From Candidatus Methanosuratincola verstraetei (lineage in GTDB: Archaea > Thermoproteota > Methanomethylicia > Methanomethylicales > Methanomethylicaceae), in assembly GCA_049570475.1 (NCBI GenBank), contig CP186953.1:1408001-1472000 (forward strand): DNA of 64,000 nucleotides, read 5' to 3'. Positions 37,625-48,004 of this stretch are shown piece after piece. The notes beneath the pieces were generated by a model. The model did no database searches. It was not told the DNA's origin and was given only the letters and a program-made list of their open reading frames with translations. The position numbers were made by a program, and so were the translations under genes. How positions within the stretch are numbered: position 1 is the first letter of the stretch; the number at the start of each line of letters is the position of its first letter.

Positions 37625-38785
37625 TTGTCGCTCTCTGGCCGAATGCTTAACCTCAAGGAGTCTGGCACGCTGAAAATACTCGACAAGGTCAAGTCCCTTC
37701 AGTCCAAGGGGATTGACGTGATCCAGCTAGACGTTGGCGAGCCTGACTTCGACACTCCTAGGAACATCGTTGAGGCTGCCCACCGGGCGATGCTCGAAGG
37801 GTTCACCCACTACACCCCCAGCGCCGGGATCCCTGAGCTTAGGGATGCAGTCGCGGAGAAGCTCAGGTCCGAGAACGGGCTGGACGTCAGGCGCGAGAAC
37901 GTGCTGATAACGCCCGGCTCAAAACAGGCGCTTTTCTACGCGGTGATGGCTCTGGTCGAGGAGGGCGAGGAGGTGATTGTGCCCACGCCAGCCTGGCCCT
38001 CATACGTTGAGATGGTGACTGTCGCGGGCGGGACGGTGAGGGAGATCCCTGCAAAAGACGGCTTTTCGCCTGACATCGAAGGGATAAAGTCAGCCGTGAA
38101 CGAGAGGACCAAGCTGATGATCCTGAACTCGCCGAACAACCCGACCGGGTATGTCTACACCAAGGAAGAGCTGGGGGCCCTTGCAGAGATAGCCTCAGAC
38201 TCGAGGATATACGTCCTCTCTGACGAGATCTATGAGAAGATGCTCTACGAGGGGGAATTCAGGAGCTTTGGATCATTTCCGGGCGTAGATGATCTGGTGA
38301 TCACCGTCAACGGGTTCTCGAAGACTTACGCGATGACCGGGTGGCGCATCGGTTACGCCGCGGGCCCGCGCGACGTGATAGCCGCGATGAACAAGCTCCA
38401 GCAGCACTCTGCGAGCTGCCCCGCATCGTTCGTCCAGAAGGCGGCTCTCGCTGCCCTCAGCCCAGAGACCCCTGTAAGGCCCATGATCGAGGAGTTCAGG
38501 AGGAGGAGAGACTTCCTCTGCAGCGAACTTAACAGGATGGGCGCATTCAAGGTTCTGCCGCCGAAGGGCGCGTTCTACCTCTTCCCTGACATTTCCGGAA
38601 CTGGGATCGAGTCTGTCGAGCTCTGCAATCTGCTTCTTGAGGAGGGCCATGTAAGCACCACCCCAGGGGAGGCATTCGGCGGGTTCTCTGGGCACATACG
38701 GCTCTCTTATGCCAACTCGATGGAAAGGCTGCGTGCTGCTGCCGATAGGATAAGGGGCGTTCTTGAAAAGCATGGTTTAGCATGA
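37625..38785 (+). CDS. Class I/II PLP-dependent aminotransferase (aspartate aminotransferase-like)
   Basis: GEPDF, NSPNNPTG, SDEIYE, SKTYAMTGWRIG, GAFY, RLSY. Confidence 0.95.
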   Translation: MSLSGRMLNLKESGTLKILDKVKSLQSKGIDVIQLDVGEPDFDTPRNIVEAAHRAMLEGFTHYTPSAGIPELRDAVAEKLRSENGLDVRRENVLITPGSKQALFYAVMALVEEGEEVIVPTPAWPSYVEMVTVAGGTVREIPAKDGFSPDIEGIKSAVNERTKLMILNSPNNPTGYVYTKEELGALAEIASDSRIYVLSDEIYEKMLYEGEFRSFGSFPGVDDLVITVNGFSKTYAMTGWRIGYAAGPRDVIAAMNKLQQHSASCPASFVQKAALAALSPETPVRPMIEEFRRRRDFLCSELNRMGAFKVLPPKGAFYLFPDISGTGIESVELCNLLLEEGHVSTTPGEAFGGFSGHIRLSYANSMERLRAAADRIRGVLEKHGLA

Positions 38786-38789
38786 ACAG

Positions 38790-39524
38790 GTGTTGGCTGT
38801 GGCTAGTGTGCTGAAGAATCCGCATAGGCGGAGGATATTGGAGCTGCTCTACAGCCGAAAGGCAATGACCCCGAAGGAGATAGCGGAGGACCTAAAGATA
38901 GGCGTCCCAACGGTTTACTACCACCTCGAAATCCTCAGGGAGTACGTGCAGAAGACAGCAAGGGGCGAGTTCTCGATCACTGACAAGGGCATGGAAGCCT
39001 ACAAGAAGGAGGTCTTGAACTCGCCCGAATCGGTTGGGACTTCCCACGCTTTCGTTTACAGGATCATTTCAAGGCCCGTCCTTCTGCTGGTGATGGGGCT
39101 TGCTGCAGCGGCTGCAGAATTGTCAGCCTGCAGCATATTGGGCTATGTCCCACTCCTCATGGGCTACGTCCCTGTCCTTGAGGCATCAAGTCTCTTCTTT
39201 AATTACGCTGCAAGCCTAGTCGTGGCATTCATTGTATTCGAGTTTGCCTCGTTGGCAATCACCCGGAGGCTGGGAGGGGAGGCTGCTCTGTTTGCAGGAA
39301 CGATGATCTCCAGAGCCCCCCTTCTGCTCCTTTTCCTGATACCTGCTGCTGGTCTAGGGGGATCCATTTTTTCAATAATTATGACCGCACTAGCCCAGTT
39401 GCTTTCGGTCTTCATCATGTCCATATTCCTCTCTCTATCAAGAGGGCTGCGCCAGGAGTACTCGATAATGATATGCTTGATCATCCTCTATGGGAATCTC
39501 CTAGTTTATTCACGGATGTGGTGA
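38790..39524 (+). CDS. ArsR-like wHTH regulator fused to a multi-TM domain
   Basis: LKNPHRRRILELL...TVYYHLEIL...FSITDKG followed by about 5 hydrophobic helices. Confidence 0.8.
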   Translation: MLAVASVLKNPHRRRILELLYSRKAMTPKEIAEDLKIGVPTVYYHLEILREYVQKTARGEFSITDKGMEAYKKEVLNSPESVGTSHAFVYRIISRPVLLLVMGLAAAAAELSACSILGYVPLLMGYVPVLEASSLFFNYAASLVVAFIVFEFASLAITRRLGGEAALFAGTMISRAPLLLLFLIPAAGLGGSIFSIIMTALAQLLSVFIMSIFLSLSRGLRQEYSIMICLIILYGNLLVYSRMW

Positions 39525-39572
39525 TTTTTTAAAATTAAAAGAAAAAAGAATAATAAAAAAAAATAATGAAGA

Positions 39573-41291
39573 TCAGGCTGCAGCCGGGTGCCTTCTTATG
39601 AACAATATCAGTGCGACTGCCCCGGCCAACACAATTGCGCTTGCGGCGAAGAGCTCATACGATCTTCCCCAGCTCGGCGCCGATGGCACTGCCTGGACTG
39701 ACGAGATGCCCGTCGGCCCAAGCGTCACTATGTATGCTGAGTCTCCAGACGGTTGCTCAATGCCTAGGCTTGGGTCATGGATCAGGGTTCCGTTGAAGTA
39801 TGGGTAGCAGAGGTACACCTTGACATGGTTGCCCGCGCTGAGGTAGGAGGCTGTGACATCCACTGTCGACTGGTTACCATCCTTGTCTATGACGATTGCG
39901 GTCGGAACAAACTTGAAGAAGCCCCCTAGCGTCCCTTCTTCTGTCAGCTTTAGCTTTGCAGGCGCCAGGAACTTCATGAGCCTGCCCGCGACGTTCTTCT
40001 GAGCCCATTTGAGGTGGAAATTGAAGCTGTTGGCGTCCTGATCCTGCCTCTGTACATTGAGAGTGGCATTAGCGTCGTCTGCGCTGAATACGAAGTTGCC
40101 GCCTGCTGCCTGCATCTTGACGTCCTCGAGGTCGTTGAAAAGGTCTGAGACACTCCCGTTGACATGGAATGAAGATGCATCCACCCAGAGCGCCAATGCT
40201 GGCGAGATTGTTACCGAGGTGGTGTTGAGGAATGATATGGTTTTCGGATCGAAGTTCCAATCCCAGTCCTTGACCACTAGGTCGACCTTCATCTCCCCGG
40301 CCGCCACATTGTAAGAGTACTGTTCGCCAGCTGCGTTGACAGTCTCGGTGACTGGCTGCCTGTATATTCTCACAGAGAGGTTTACATTCCCTTCGGCAAA
40401 GTCGAACTTCTGCGGGGCATCCACAAGAGTGAGGTTGAAAGCGAGCCCTATCGGCGTCCCGTTGCTGGCAGTGATCTCCCTGACATCGCCCATCTCCCAC
40501 TTGCACCCTGAGAATGGAAGCAGTCCAGGGTGGAAGCCTTCGGCTATGCTGTCCAACTTCTGCCTCTTCTCTATGAGGTCGCCTATCATCGCTTTTGTCC
40601 TTTCCGTTATCGTCTGGGTCAGCCTCTGGCATGCCCTTATGGCTGTCGAGATCGAATTCTGGATCGTATTCTTGCTAGCCCCGCTGTCTATTGCACCTAT
40701 GGCGCTGTTTATTGCAGCTATAGCATCGTCTATCTCCTGGGAGATTTCAGAATCGTTTACCTTTGGTTTTAGTCCGGCCAGCTCGTTTTCCGCTTCTTGC
40801 AGCATGGTCTTGACCTGGCTAAGATCAGGCTTGAAGAGCATAAGTTTCCCTGCGGCAAGCATCAGCCTGCTATGTGCCTCGAATGCCACTGAAAGCCCCT
40901 TGGCCGCAGCCCCTGCCTTGGCAAGATCGAGGGCATTTGCGGTCTGTATGATCCTCTGCCATAGGGTCCCTTCTGCAACATTCAACGTGCTGAATCTGGA
41001 TCCGTTGACCTCTGCATATTCTATGAGACCCTTGAAGTGCACCACATAGACCTTGGAGGTGTCATTGTTTGCCCACCACACGAAGAACGGCTTAGTCCCG
41101 TTCCTCGGGAAGACGATCGTAAGGTCATCGGTGGTGATTTTCTTGTAATTGCCTTCGTCCGTCATCTGCAAACTGGCACTGGCCGCACTCGGCTGGGCGG
41201 ATGCCTGCGGGAAGGCTGCTACCCCCCCTACGAGGAGCAGCATGACAATCAACAAACCAGCTACTCTGCTACCTTCCATCAGAATCACCAT
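39573..41291 (-). CDS. Secreted, C-terminally anchored surface protein of unknown function
   Basis: Signal peptide, central helical segment, beta-rich region ending IHDPSLG, C-terminal TM plus RR. Confidence 0.75.
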   Translation of the reverse strand: MVILMEGSRVAGLLIVMLLLVGGVAAFPQASAQPSAASASLQMTDEGNYKKITTDDLTIVFPRNGTKPFFVWWANNDTSKVYVVHFKGLIEYAEVNGSRFSTLNVAEGTLWQRIIQTANALDLAKAGAAAKGLSVAFEAHSRLMLAAGKLMLFKPDLSQVKTMLQEAENELAGLKPKVNDSEISQEIDDAIAAINSAIGAIDSGASKNTIQNSISTAIRACQRLTQTITERTKAMIGDLIEKRQKLDSIAEGFHPGLLPFSGCKWEMGDVREITASNGTPIGLAFNLTLVDAPQKFDFAEGNVNLSVRIYRQPVTETVNAAGEQYSYNVAAGEMKVDLVVKDWDWNFDPKTISFLNTTSVTISPALALWVDASSFHVNGSVSDLFNDLEDVKMQAAGGNFVFSADDANATLNVQRQDQDANSFNFHLKWAQKNVAGRLMKFLAPAKLKLTEEGTLGGFFKFVPTAIVIDKDGNQSTVDVTASYLSAGNHVKVYLCYPYFNGTLIHDPSLGIEQPSGDSAYIVTLGPTGISSVQAVPSAPSWGRSYELFAASAIVLAGAVALILFIRRHPAAA

Positions 41292-41345
41292 GTTAGGATT
41301 TGCACGAACCCAATATAACCTCTTCTAAGTTTAAAATTTGGATAA

Positions 41346-41366
41346 AATTTTCGAATTTTCGAATTT
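41346..41366. repeat. AATTTTCG tandem repeat; candidate operator
   Basis: AATTTTCG AATTTTCG AATTT just upstream of the BRE/TATA (41312-41325) of the surface-protein gene. Confidence 0.5.
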
Positions 41367-41444
41367 ATTGACGTGATAGAGTTTTCTCTTATTTATGAAC
41401 TGTTGCTTCTTGGAATGCCAAATCGCGAAAATCATAGTCTAATC

Positions 41445-42197
41445 TCATAGTTCTTGTTTGCCCTTCGCCGGAATCCATGCCGCATAGTAAACCAGCGCAA
41501 TCAGGGCCACCCCGACTGTGCCCGGTAGGAGGTACCCTGTTTTGAAGAGGTATCCCGTCCAGAAAGAGAGTGTCAATATGGCGCCGGATGAGGCGCCTGG
41601 GGGCAATTCCCTGAACACCATCTCCTTCCTGAGCAAAAAGAGCGTTGCTGCAGAGTAAGCTAGCCCCGTCGTTGCCCAGCCCAAGTAGTTTATAAGAGGG
41701 ACGCCGTAATACGCGCCGGGGTCTTCCCATCCCCAGAGCCCTGCAGCCACCGCGCCAGGGTCGAGTGCCAGGTCAAAAGCGACAAGGATCGCCGCGCTCA
41801 GGAACGTGGTGCGCAGATGATCATCTCTGGTGAACCTGCGGGCGACTGAGACGGCGCCGAGCAGCATAGGGAGGTATGACAGCGGAAGCGCAAAAGGCAC
41901 TATGCTGAGGAGTAGGGGGCCCAGCGCATTAGAGTAGCTGAATTTTCCATATGGGAACCCCGTTATGACGGAGATCCCTTCTACCGCGGTTGCAGCGACA
42001 CCTACGGCTGCTAGCGTCAGGGTTCCCTTCTTCCAGCCTGCCCACTTTATGAACGACGCGAAGGATGGGGCTGCGAATAGTGCCACGGACAGCACGGAGA
42101 CTGTCCCCGCTTCTGGGATAGATGCAAAATCCACCACCGTGAGCGAAGAAAGAAAAACAACCACGCTCGAGGCGAGCATCAGCCAAATCCGGCCCAA
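41445..42197 (-). CDS. cruF: Carotenoid 1,2-hydratase (CruF family)
   Basis: EGISVITGFPYGKFSY...LGP, DLALDPGA, YYGVPLINYLGW. Confidence 0.85.
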   Translation of the reverse strand: MGRIWLMLASSVVVFLSSLTVVDFASIPEAGTVSVLSVALFAAPSFASFIKWAGWKKGTLTLAAVGVAATAVEGISVITGFPYGKFSYSNALGPLLLSIVPFALPLSYLPMLLGAVSVARRFTRDDHLRTTFLSAAILVAFDLALDPGAVAAGLWGWEDPGAYYGVPLINYLGWATTGLAYSAATLFLLRKEMVFRELPPGASSGAILTLSFWTGYLFKTGYLLPGTVGVALIALVYYAAWIPAKGKQEL

Positions 42198-42200
42198 AGA

Positions 42201-43055
42201 TCACACCTTCGAGAGCGTCACCATCAAGAAGAGTAGGCCCCCCAGCGTCCAGTTTATGTAAGGGAGGGTCCAGTATGCCCTCTCCAACACCCCCCTCTTC
42301 ACAAGCACGATGAGGGGAAGCGCAGGGTAGATCAGTGACAGGTAGCCGAGAGGGTGGAACCCGCTGAGTGTGATCACCAGGTAGCTGAGCAGCGACCAGA
42401 ATGCCAGGCAGATTATGAGCGCAGCCCGCTCGCCGAAGTATACCGGCGTAGTCTTTATCCCTGCGGCCCTGTCGCACCCGACATCCGGAACGGCTGAGAA
42501 TATATGCATCGCCGATATGTGTGCAAAACCTCCGATAACTAGCGGCAGGGGCGGGAGCGTTCCAGCCGCCAAGTAGTAGCCGAATATCCCTGGCATTATG
42601 TACAGCATGTTAGAGGCGAAGTCTAGGAATGGAATGCCCTTGAACCTCAGGGGCGGTGCGCTGTAGAAGTACGACAGAAAGAGGAACCCCGAGAAGATCG
42701 CCCTCAGCTCCCAGCCCTGGAAAGCCATCAGCGCCAGGCTGAGGAAAGTCACTGCCCACAGCAGCCTCTTAAGCATGTCCCGCTCCCCTGCGCCTAGCCT
42801 GTGCTCCTTGGCGCCATCCTTTTTTGGGTTTAGCGAGTCGGTCTTCTCATCCCAGTAGTCGTTGATCCCGTATATGAAGAGATTTGCCGGGAAGAAGAAG
42901 TAAGCCAAGTAAACCGCGTACTCTGGCCTCAGGAACTCTGTCCAGCTACCCATGCCCAGAGCGTAGCCTACGACATAAGTCCCGGCAGTGTAAATCCAGA
43001 AGCGGAACCTGGAGACCCTGAAGGCGAACGAGAGTGTCCGCCACAAGAAACTCAC
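42201..43055 (-). CDS. lyeJ: Lycopene elongase/hydratase (UbiA prenyltransferase family)
   Basis: SRFRFWIY, YGINDYWD..TD..NPKK, YSAPPLRFK, AMH..SAVPD; GTG at 43055 overlaps the crtB stop (GTGA). Confidence 0.85.
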   Translation of the reverse strand: MSFLWRTLSFAFRVSRFRFWIYTAGTYVVGYALGMGSWTEFLRPEYAVYLAYFFFPANLFIYGINDYWDEKTDSLNPKKDGAKEHRLGAGERDMLKRLLWAVTFLSLALMAFQGWELRAIFSGFLFLSYFYSAPPLRFKGIPFLDFASNMLYIMPGIFGYYLAAGTLPPLPLVIGGFAHISAMHIFSAVPDVGCDRAAGIKTTPVYFGERAALIICLAFWSLLSYLVITLSGFHPLGYLSLIYPALPLIVLVKRGVLERAYWTLPYINWTLGGLLFLMVTLSKV

Positions 43056-43936
43056 CTGGGTATCTGCCTTCGGCTCAACATTGCCTCCTTCTTGATCCTG
43101 CTCTTCTGCTTTATGTTCAGGTAGAGCATGTTGTAGGAGGCAGTAGCGAAGATCCTGGCTGTCGAGGGCCTGATCTTCTTCCGGTAGACCGCGAACGGAT
43201 CCCTGGAAATCTGAGCCGCAGTCCAGTTGTACATGTCCGCCGCGCTCTTTATCGGTATCAGGTACCGCTTGGGGATGAACCTGTATCCCTCCTCGGCTTT
43301 CCTCTGCCACTTGCAGTAGAGCCCGAGCTCCTTCCTCACCAAGCCCCTGAAGTTCTCGGGGAATCTCTTAACAGTGCTGTACTTCAGGTCCGGGAGCCCG
43401 AACTCCTCAAGGTCCTCGATTGGGAAATAAGTCCTGCCTAAAGAGAGATCCTCGTTGATGTCCCTGATGAAGTTGATATACTGCATTGCCCTGCCTTGGT
43501 GCATGGCCGCATCGTAGGACTCCTTGGGGAGGCCGAGTATCTTTGCCATCATCAAGCCTATCACCTCCGCTGAGCCGTAGAGGTACGCACTCAGCTCGCC
43601 GAGCGTCCTGTAGGAGCTCTTAACCAGGTCGCTCTCCATGGACCATAGGAATGCCTTGACCCAATCCTTGGGTATCCCGCGCCTCCTCACAAGGTACCCG
43701 AAAGAGTCCACCACGATGTCGCCTGTCCATTCGCCCCCAATGGCCCTCTCGGTCCTGTCCATCAGCTCGTAGAACTCCCTTTCCTTCTGCGGGATCGTGT
43801 CCACCAAGTTGTCGGCTACCCTCACGTAGCCGTACAGGACGAAGACGTCAGCCTTAACGTCGTGCGGGAAGAACAGGGTGCTCGTGAAGAAAGTCTTGCT
43901 GCCCTTCTTGAATATGTTGTAATGCAGCGTCTGCAA
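43052..43936 (-). CDS. crtB: Phytoene synthase
   Basis: GSKTF, YGYVRVADNLVD, YLYGSAEVIG, NFIRDINED..LGRTY. Confidence 0.93.
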   Translation of the reverse strand: MQTLHYNIFKKGSKTFFTSTLFFPHDVKADVFVLYGYVRVADNLVDTIPQKEREFYELMDRTERAIGGEWTGDIVVDSFGYLVRRRGIPKDWVKAFLWSMESDLVKSSYRTLGELSAYLYGSAEVIGLMMAKILGLPKESYDAAMHQGRAMQYINFIRDINEDLSLGRTYFPIEDLEEFGLPDLKYSTVKRFPENFRGLVRKELGLYCKWQRKAEEGYRFIPKRYLIPIKSAADMYNWTAAQISRDPFAVYRKKIRPSTARIFATASYNMLYLNIKQKSRIKKEAMLSRRQIPR

Positions 43937-43951
43937 AGCCTTATCCCCCGC

Positions 43952-45442
43952 TCAGCCCGCGCTATGCGCCTTCCTGATCACGTCTGCTACTATCGTGGAC
44001 GATATCATCGTCATAGGCACGCCTATGCCAGGGTGTGTATACTGGCCCGTGTAGTAGAGGTTCTCCACCTTCTTGCTGCGGTGGGCTGGTCTCCAGAGCG
44101 CAGTCTGCCTCATCGTATGCGTCAGCCCGAGCGCTGTGCCCTTGTATGCATTATACCTCTCCTTGAAGTCGTTGATCGAGAATATCCTCTTCACCGCAAC
44201 GGATCCCCTGATGTCCTCCCCCACTGTTTTCTCCAGATGGTCCATTATCTTGTTGTAAAGCTCTTCCCTCCGCACCGGGGTGTCCGGGAGGCCTGGCGCC
44301 AGAGCAACCAGTATGAAAAGCGCGTCGCACCCTGGTGGCGCTGCGTAGGGATCAGTCCTCGACGGCACGTTCACGTAGTATGAGGGGCTGTCGGGCCATG
44401 CAGCCTTCTTTGGGTCGAAGATTTGCTCGAAGCTGTTCTCCCAATCCTTGTCGAGGAACAGAGTGTGGTGCTCAAGCCCCTTGACCCGCTTCTTCACGCC
44501 CACATAAGCGACGAACGCTGACGGCGCAAGGATCCTGCTGTCCCAGTAGTCCCTGTTGTACGTCCTGTCCTCAGGTGAGAGGAGCTGAAGCTCTGAGAAC
44601 GGGTAGTCCGCGTTGACTATTACCAGATCTGCTGGATAGTCCCCTTTCTCAGCCCTCACACCGATCGCCTTGCCTCCCTTTGTAATTATTTCGGTCACAG
44701 CCTCATTGAACTTGAACTCAGCGCCGTAGCTCTTTGCGATATCATGGACTGCCTCAGCCACCTTCCTTATCCCGCCGACAGGGTACCACACCCCCAGCGT
44801 CAGGTCGATGTGGGACATGATGTGGTAGAATGACGGGGTATTCTTCGGCGAACCCCCCAGGAAGCCAATCGAGTACTCTACGATCTTCCTTGCCTTGTCG
44901 CTATCGAAGTGCTTCCTGACGAAGCTGTCTAGGTTCTCGAAGATGTGGAGCTTGTACCCCTGTGCGATGAGCTTCCCGTCCATGAAGTCGAGTATCGACT
45001 TGTAGTCCCTGTAGAGCATCTCGTTTATGGAAAGGTCGTACTTCTCCTTTGCGGACTCGAGATACTTCCTCAGCTTAGCCCCGCCGTTCGGCTCCAGCGA
45101 GTCGAAGAGCTGGAAGTTCTTCTCGAGATCTGCAGCGACATCGACCACGCTCCCGTCGTGGAAGTATATCCTGTATGATGGGTCGAGCCTCTTCAGCTCG
45201 AAGAAATCTTCCGGCTTCTTTCCAAACTCCGAAAAGAATTTCTCGAATACATCGGGCATCAGGTACCAGGAGGGCCCCATGTCGAATGTGAAGCCGCCCT
45301 CGCTGTACACGCTCGCCCTGCCTCCAGGACCCTCGTTCTTCTCAAAAACTGTGACCTCAAAGCCGTCGCGGGAGAGCAGCGCCGCAGCGGACAGCCCTCC
45401 GAACCCTGCGCCAACCACTATAGCCTTAATTGTGTTGCACAC
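43952..45442 (-). CDS. crtI: Phytoene desaturase family (CrtI/CrtD)
   Basis: GAGFGGL, FDMGPSWY, YPVGG, GLTHT..QT, GQYTHPGIGVP. Confidence 0.92.
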   Translation of the reverse strand: MCNTIKAIVVGAGFGGLSAAALLSRDGFEVTVFEKNEGPGGRASVYSEGGFTFDMGPSWYLMPDVFEKFFSEFGKKPEDFFELKRLDPSYRIYFHDGSVVDVAADLEKNFQLFDSLEPNGGAKLRKYLESAKEKYDLSINEMLYRDYKSILDFMDGKLIAQGYKLHIFENLDSFVRKHFDSDKARKIVEYSIGFLGGSPKNTPSFYHIMSHIDLTLGVWYPVGGIRKVAEAVHDIAKSYGAEFKFNEAVTEIITKGGKAIGVRAEKGDYPADLVIVNADYPFSELQLLSPEDRTYNRDYWDSRILAPSAFVAYVGVKKRVKGLEHHTLFLDKDWENSFEQIFDPKKAAWPDSPSYYVNVPSRTDPYAAPPGCDALFILVALAPGLPDTPVRREELYNKIMDHLEKTVGEDIRGSVAVKRIFSINDFKERYNAYKGTALGLTHTMRQTALWRPAHRSKKVENLYYTGQYTHPGIGVPMTMISSTIVADVIRKAHSAG

Positions 45443-45714
45443 CCCAAAAATCGTACTGAAGAATCAGTTTTTTTGAATTATATATAAATGTTTCGTACTG
45501 TCGGGAAAAGTTCTTTAAAAAAAAGACAAACTTTCAGTGCAATCCGGTCATGGAGTTTTTGCCTCTTGTGATAAAAATCGTTCTAACCCTTGAGCGGCAT
45601 TTTGAGCAGAAATAGGAAAACTTAATCACTAGGTTGCATTCGGCAGTTTGGCATTCATAATACCTGGCGTAAAAAGTCGACTATTGGGGGATTCGCCCAC
45701 CGAAGTTTTTTAAG

Positions 45715-46623
45715 GTGGTTCCTGGCTCAAAATCCAAAAAGGTGCCCCATTTGCCGAACCCCCTCAATGAAAAGCAGAAGGCTATAGCGAGCCTCTTCAT
45801 CTCGACGCTGATCTGGGGCATCTCGTTCCCGATGATCAAGGTCGCCCTTTACGATGTCGACCCTCTCCTCTTCGTTTGCGTGCGCTTCATTCTGGCATCG
45901 CTGCTGGTGATCGCCTACCTGCTCTTCACGAGGCGACGGGTGCGCAGGCTTCTGAGGGGGCGGGTGCTGTGGATACTCGGGATCACGAACGGGGTAGGCT
46001 TCGCGATGGAGACCTATGGGATGAGTTTCACTACCGCTTCAAAGGCCTCGCTGCTCGTGAATGTGAATGTCGTCTTCATGGCGATATTTAGCTCCCTCCT
46101 GCTGGGGGAGAGGCTAAACAACAGGAGCAAGCTCGGGATACTTATGGGGCTCCTGGGGGTATTCCTGACCACGACAGGGGGAGACCTCTCAGTCCTGAGC
46201 AGCGGATCCGCAATAGGCGATGCTATTATCTTCGCCGGAGGCATCATCTGGGCGTACTCGATGATATACAACAAGAAGGCGGCGACGCAGGAGGGGCTCA
46301 CGCCAATGGAGGTGACCGAGTCGATGATCTTGACCTCGACAGTCGCGCTGCTGCCGTTCCTTCCCCTTTCATCCTTCAAGTTCGAACCTAACCCGCTCTC
46401 TATCTCGGCGATGGTCTACGTGGCCCTGCTCTGCACAATAGTCGCCTTCTTCCTCTTCTACAAGGCCCTCCAGAAGCTTACGGTGGTCAACAGCGGGATG
46501 GTAATGCTTTTTGAGATAGTGATCGCGATAGGGGTCTCTTTCCTGTTCCTCGGAGAGACGCTGCTGCCTGTAGGCGTGTTCGGCGGGTTACTGATAGCGA
46601 TCGGCATCCTTTTGGTGAGCTGA
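45715..46623 (+). CDS. EamA/DMT family transporter
   Basis: IWGISF, RF, LLGER, FLGE; about 10 TM segments in two repeats. Confidence 0.88.
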   Translation: MVPGSKSKKVPHLPNPLNEKQKAIASLFISTLIWGISFPMIKVALYDVDPLLFVCVRFILASLLVIAYLLFTRRRVRRLLRGRVLWILGITNGVGFAMETYGMSFTTASKASLLVNVNVVFMAIFSSLLLGERLNNRSKLGILMGLLGVFLTTTGGDLSVLSSGSAIGDAIIFAGGIIWAYSMIYNKKAATQEGLTPMEVTESMILTSTVALLPFLPLSSFKFEPNPLSISAMVYVALLCTIVAFFLFYKALQKLTVVNSGMVMLFEIVIAIGVSFLFLGETLLPVGVFGGLLIAIGILLVS

Positions 46624-46843
46624 ACAATTCTTCTCACCGATCCGAGGCTCGACCACAGAAACGCGGAAGGCTTCGAGGAAGCTGGGCCTTGGGCCCTCTG
46701 CATCACGGAATCCCCAAGATCAAGCGGTCAACCCGTCCTTAGACGTGGCAATGATTTCTCGCATTGCCAACTCAGACCAGCCCGTTCAGGCAGGTCAAAT
46801 GTTTTATCCCTGTGGGTATATGATTTGAGGGGATGGTGATCTA

Positions 46844-47395
46844 TTGGAGACTCTGGCGAAGACGGCAATGCTGCTCGCCGCTATCCTTCTCTCCTTTACT
46901 GCGCAGTGCTTCCATTCAGTAGCGTGCTCGGAGATCGACATGGTCTCCACCGTTGTTTCGGTTTACGACGGGGACACTTTCACCCTTGCAACGGGCGACA
47001 AAGTCCGGCTTGCAGACATCAATGCGCCAGAGATGGGTGAGAAAGGCTCCATAGAGGCTAGAGACTACCTCTCCTCGCTGGTCAGGCAGAAGACAGTCTA
47101 CTTGGACATAGACGACATGAACAGGACCGACAAATACGGCAGGCTTGTCTGCGTGGTCTACGTCGACTACAACTCTACCCACTATCTCAATGTCAACAAG
47201 GCCCTCATCGACGGCGGCTACGCTGAAATAAAGGACTATCCAAACGAGTTCGATCCCCGCTCATTTGTGCTGTATCTCACCAAGGCGATTGCAGACCATC
47301 CTGGAGCGGCCAGTCCCCTCCCTGAACCAGTATTTGCGGTCACAGTCGCAGCCCTTGTTATTGGGTTGCTGGCGGCGTTCCTGAGGAGGCGGTAA
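46844..47395 (+). CDS. Thermonuclease (SNase) family protein, membrane-anchored
   Basis: VYDGDT, VRLADINAPE, DKYGRL, VNKALI..GYA; signal peptide and C-terminal TM. Confidence 0.9.
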   Translation: METLAKTAMLLAAILLSFTAQCFHSVACSEIDMVSTVVSVYDGDTFTLATGDKVRLADINAPEMGEKGSIEARDYLSSLVRQKTVYLDIDDMNRTDKYGRLVCVVYVDYNSTHYLNVNKALIDGGYAEIKDYPNEFDPRSFVLYLTKAIADHPGAASPLPEPVFAVTVAALVIGLLAAFLRRR

Positions 47396-47617
47396 CAGTC
47401 TCGCTTTGCAATGGGCCGGTGCTTGCAAGCGCCCCATGGCGCTTAGGAGCCGCTTAAATGGGCTGCTAATTATTCCCCTTTCTCGAAGCCATTTGGTTGC
47501 TCAATTTTCGCCCTCGGTGGTTGTGTTTTTTCCAGCAATGAGGGGGTCGCCGAAATAGTGACTTATCACAAAATTTAAATACCACTGCATAGTGTGATAT
47601 ATCTCAAAAAGGTGTTC

Positions 47618-48004
47618 ATGATGAAGATTGCTTTTGTTACGGAGGACGGCAAGACTATCTGCAGGCACTTCGGGAGGGCGCCGTACTACCTCTTGGTTGA
47701 GCTGGACGGCAAGAATGTGGTCAGCAAGCGGCTGGTCCCGAAGGGCGGCTGCGCCAACCGCGGCCATCACGGTGACGAAGCCCATGAGGGCGTCCACTTG
47801 GGGAGCGAGGAGAGGCACAAATCCATGATCCAGCAGGCTGACGGCTGCGAAATAGTCGTCTCAGGGGGGATGGGCATGGGTGCTTACCAGTCCCTGATGC
47901 TGAGCGGGGTCGAGGTGTACGTAACTAAAGTTGAGGACATCGACGAAGCCATTTCCCTCCTCGCAGAGAATAAGCTGGACAACAACCTCGAACTTCTGCA
48001 CTAG
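47618..48004 (+). CDS. NifB/NifX-family (FeMo-co-binding-like) protein
   Basis: HFGRAPYY, His-rich loop, SGGMGMGA. Confidence 0.85.
   Translation: MMKIAFVTEDGKTICRHFGRAPYYLLVELDGKNVVSKRLVPKGGCANRGHHGDEAHEGVHLGSEERHKSMIQQADGCEIVVSGGMGMGAYQSLMLSGVEVYVTKVEDIDEAISLLAENKLDNNLELLH

Noticed and set aside
43056-43310. 85-aa N-terminal extension of LyeJ in the ORF track
   Set aside because: It overlaps crtB; the GTGA-coupled start at 43055 is more plausible.
46746-46769. TGGCAATG...CATTGCCA hairpin, and similar hairpins near 47415-47450
   Set aside because: Isolated short inverted repeats with no copies elsewhere; too little evidence to call an ncRNA or MITE.
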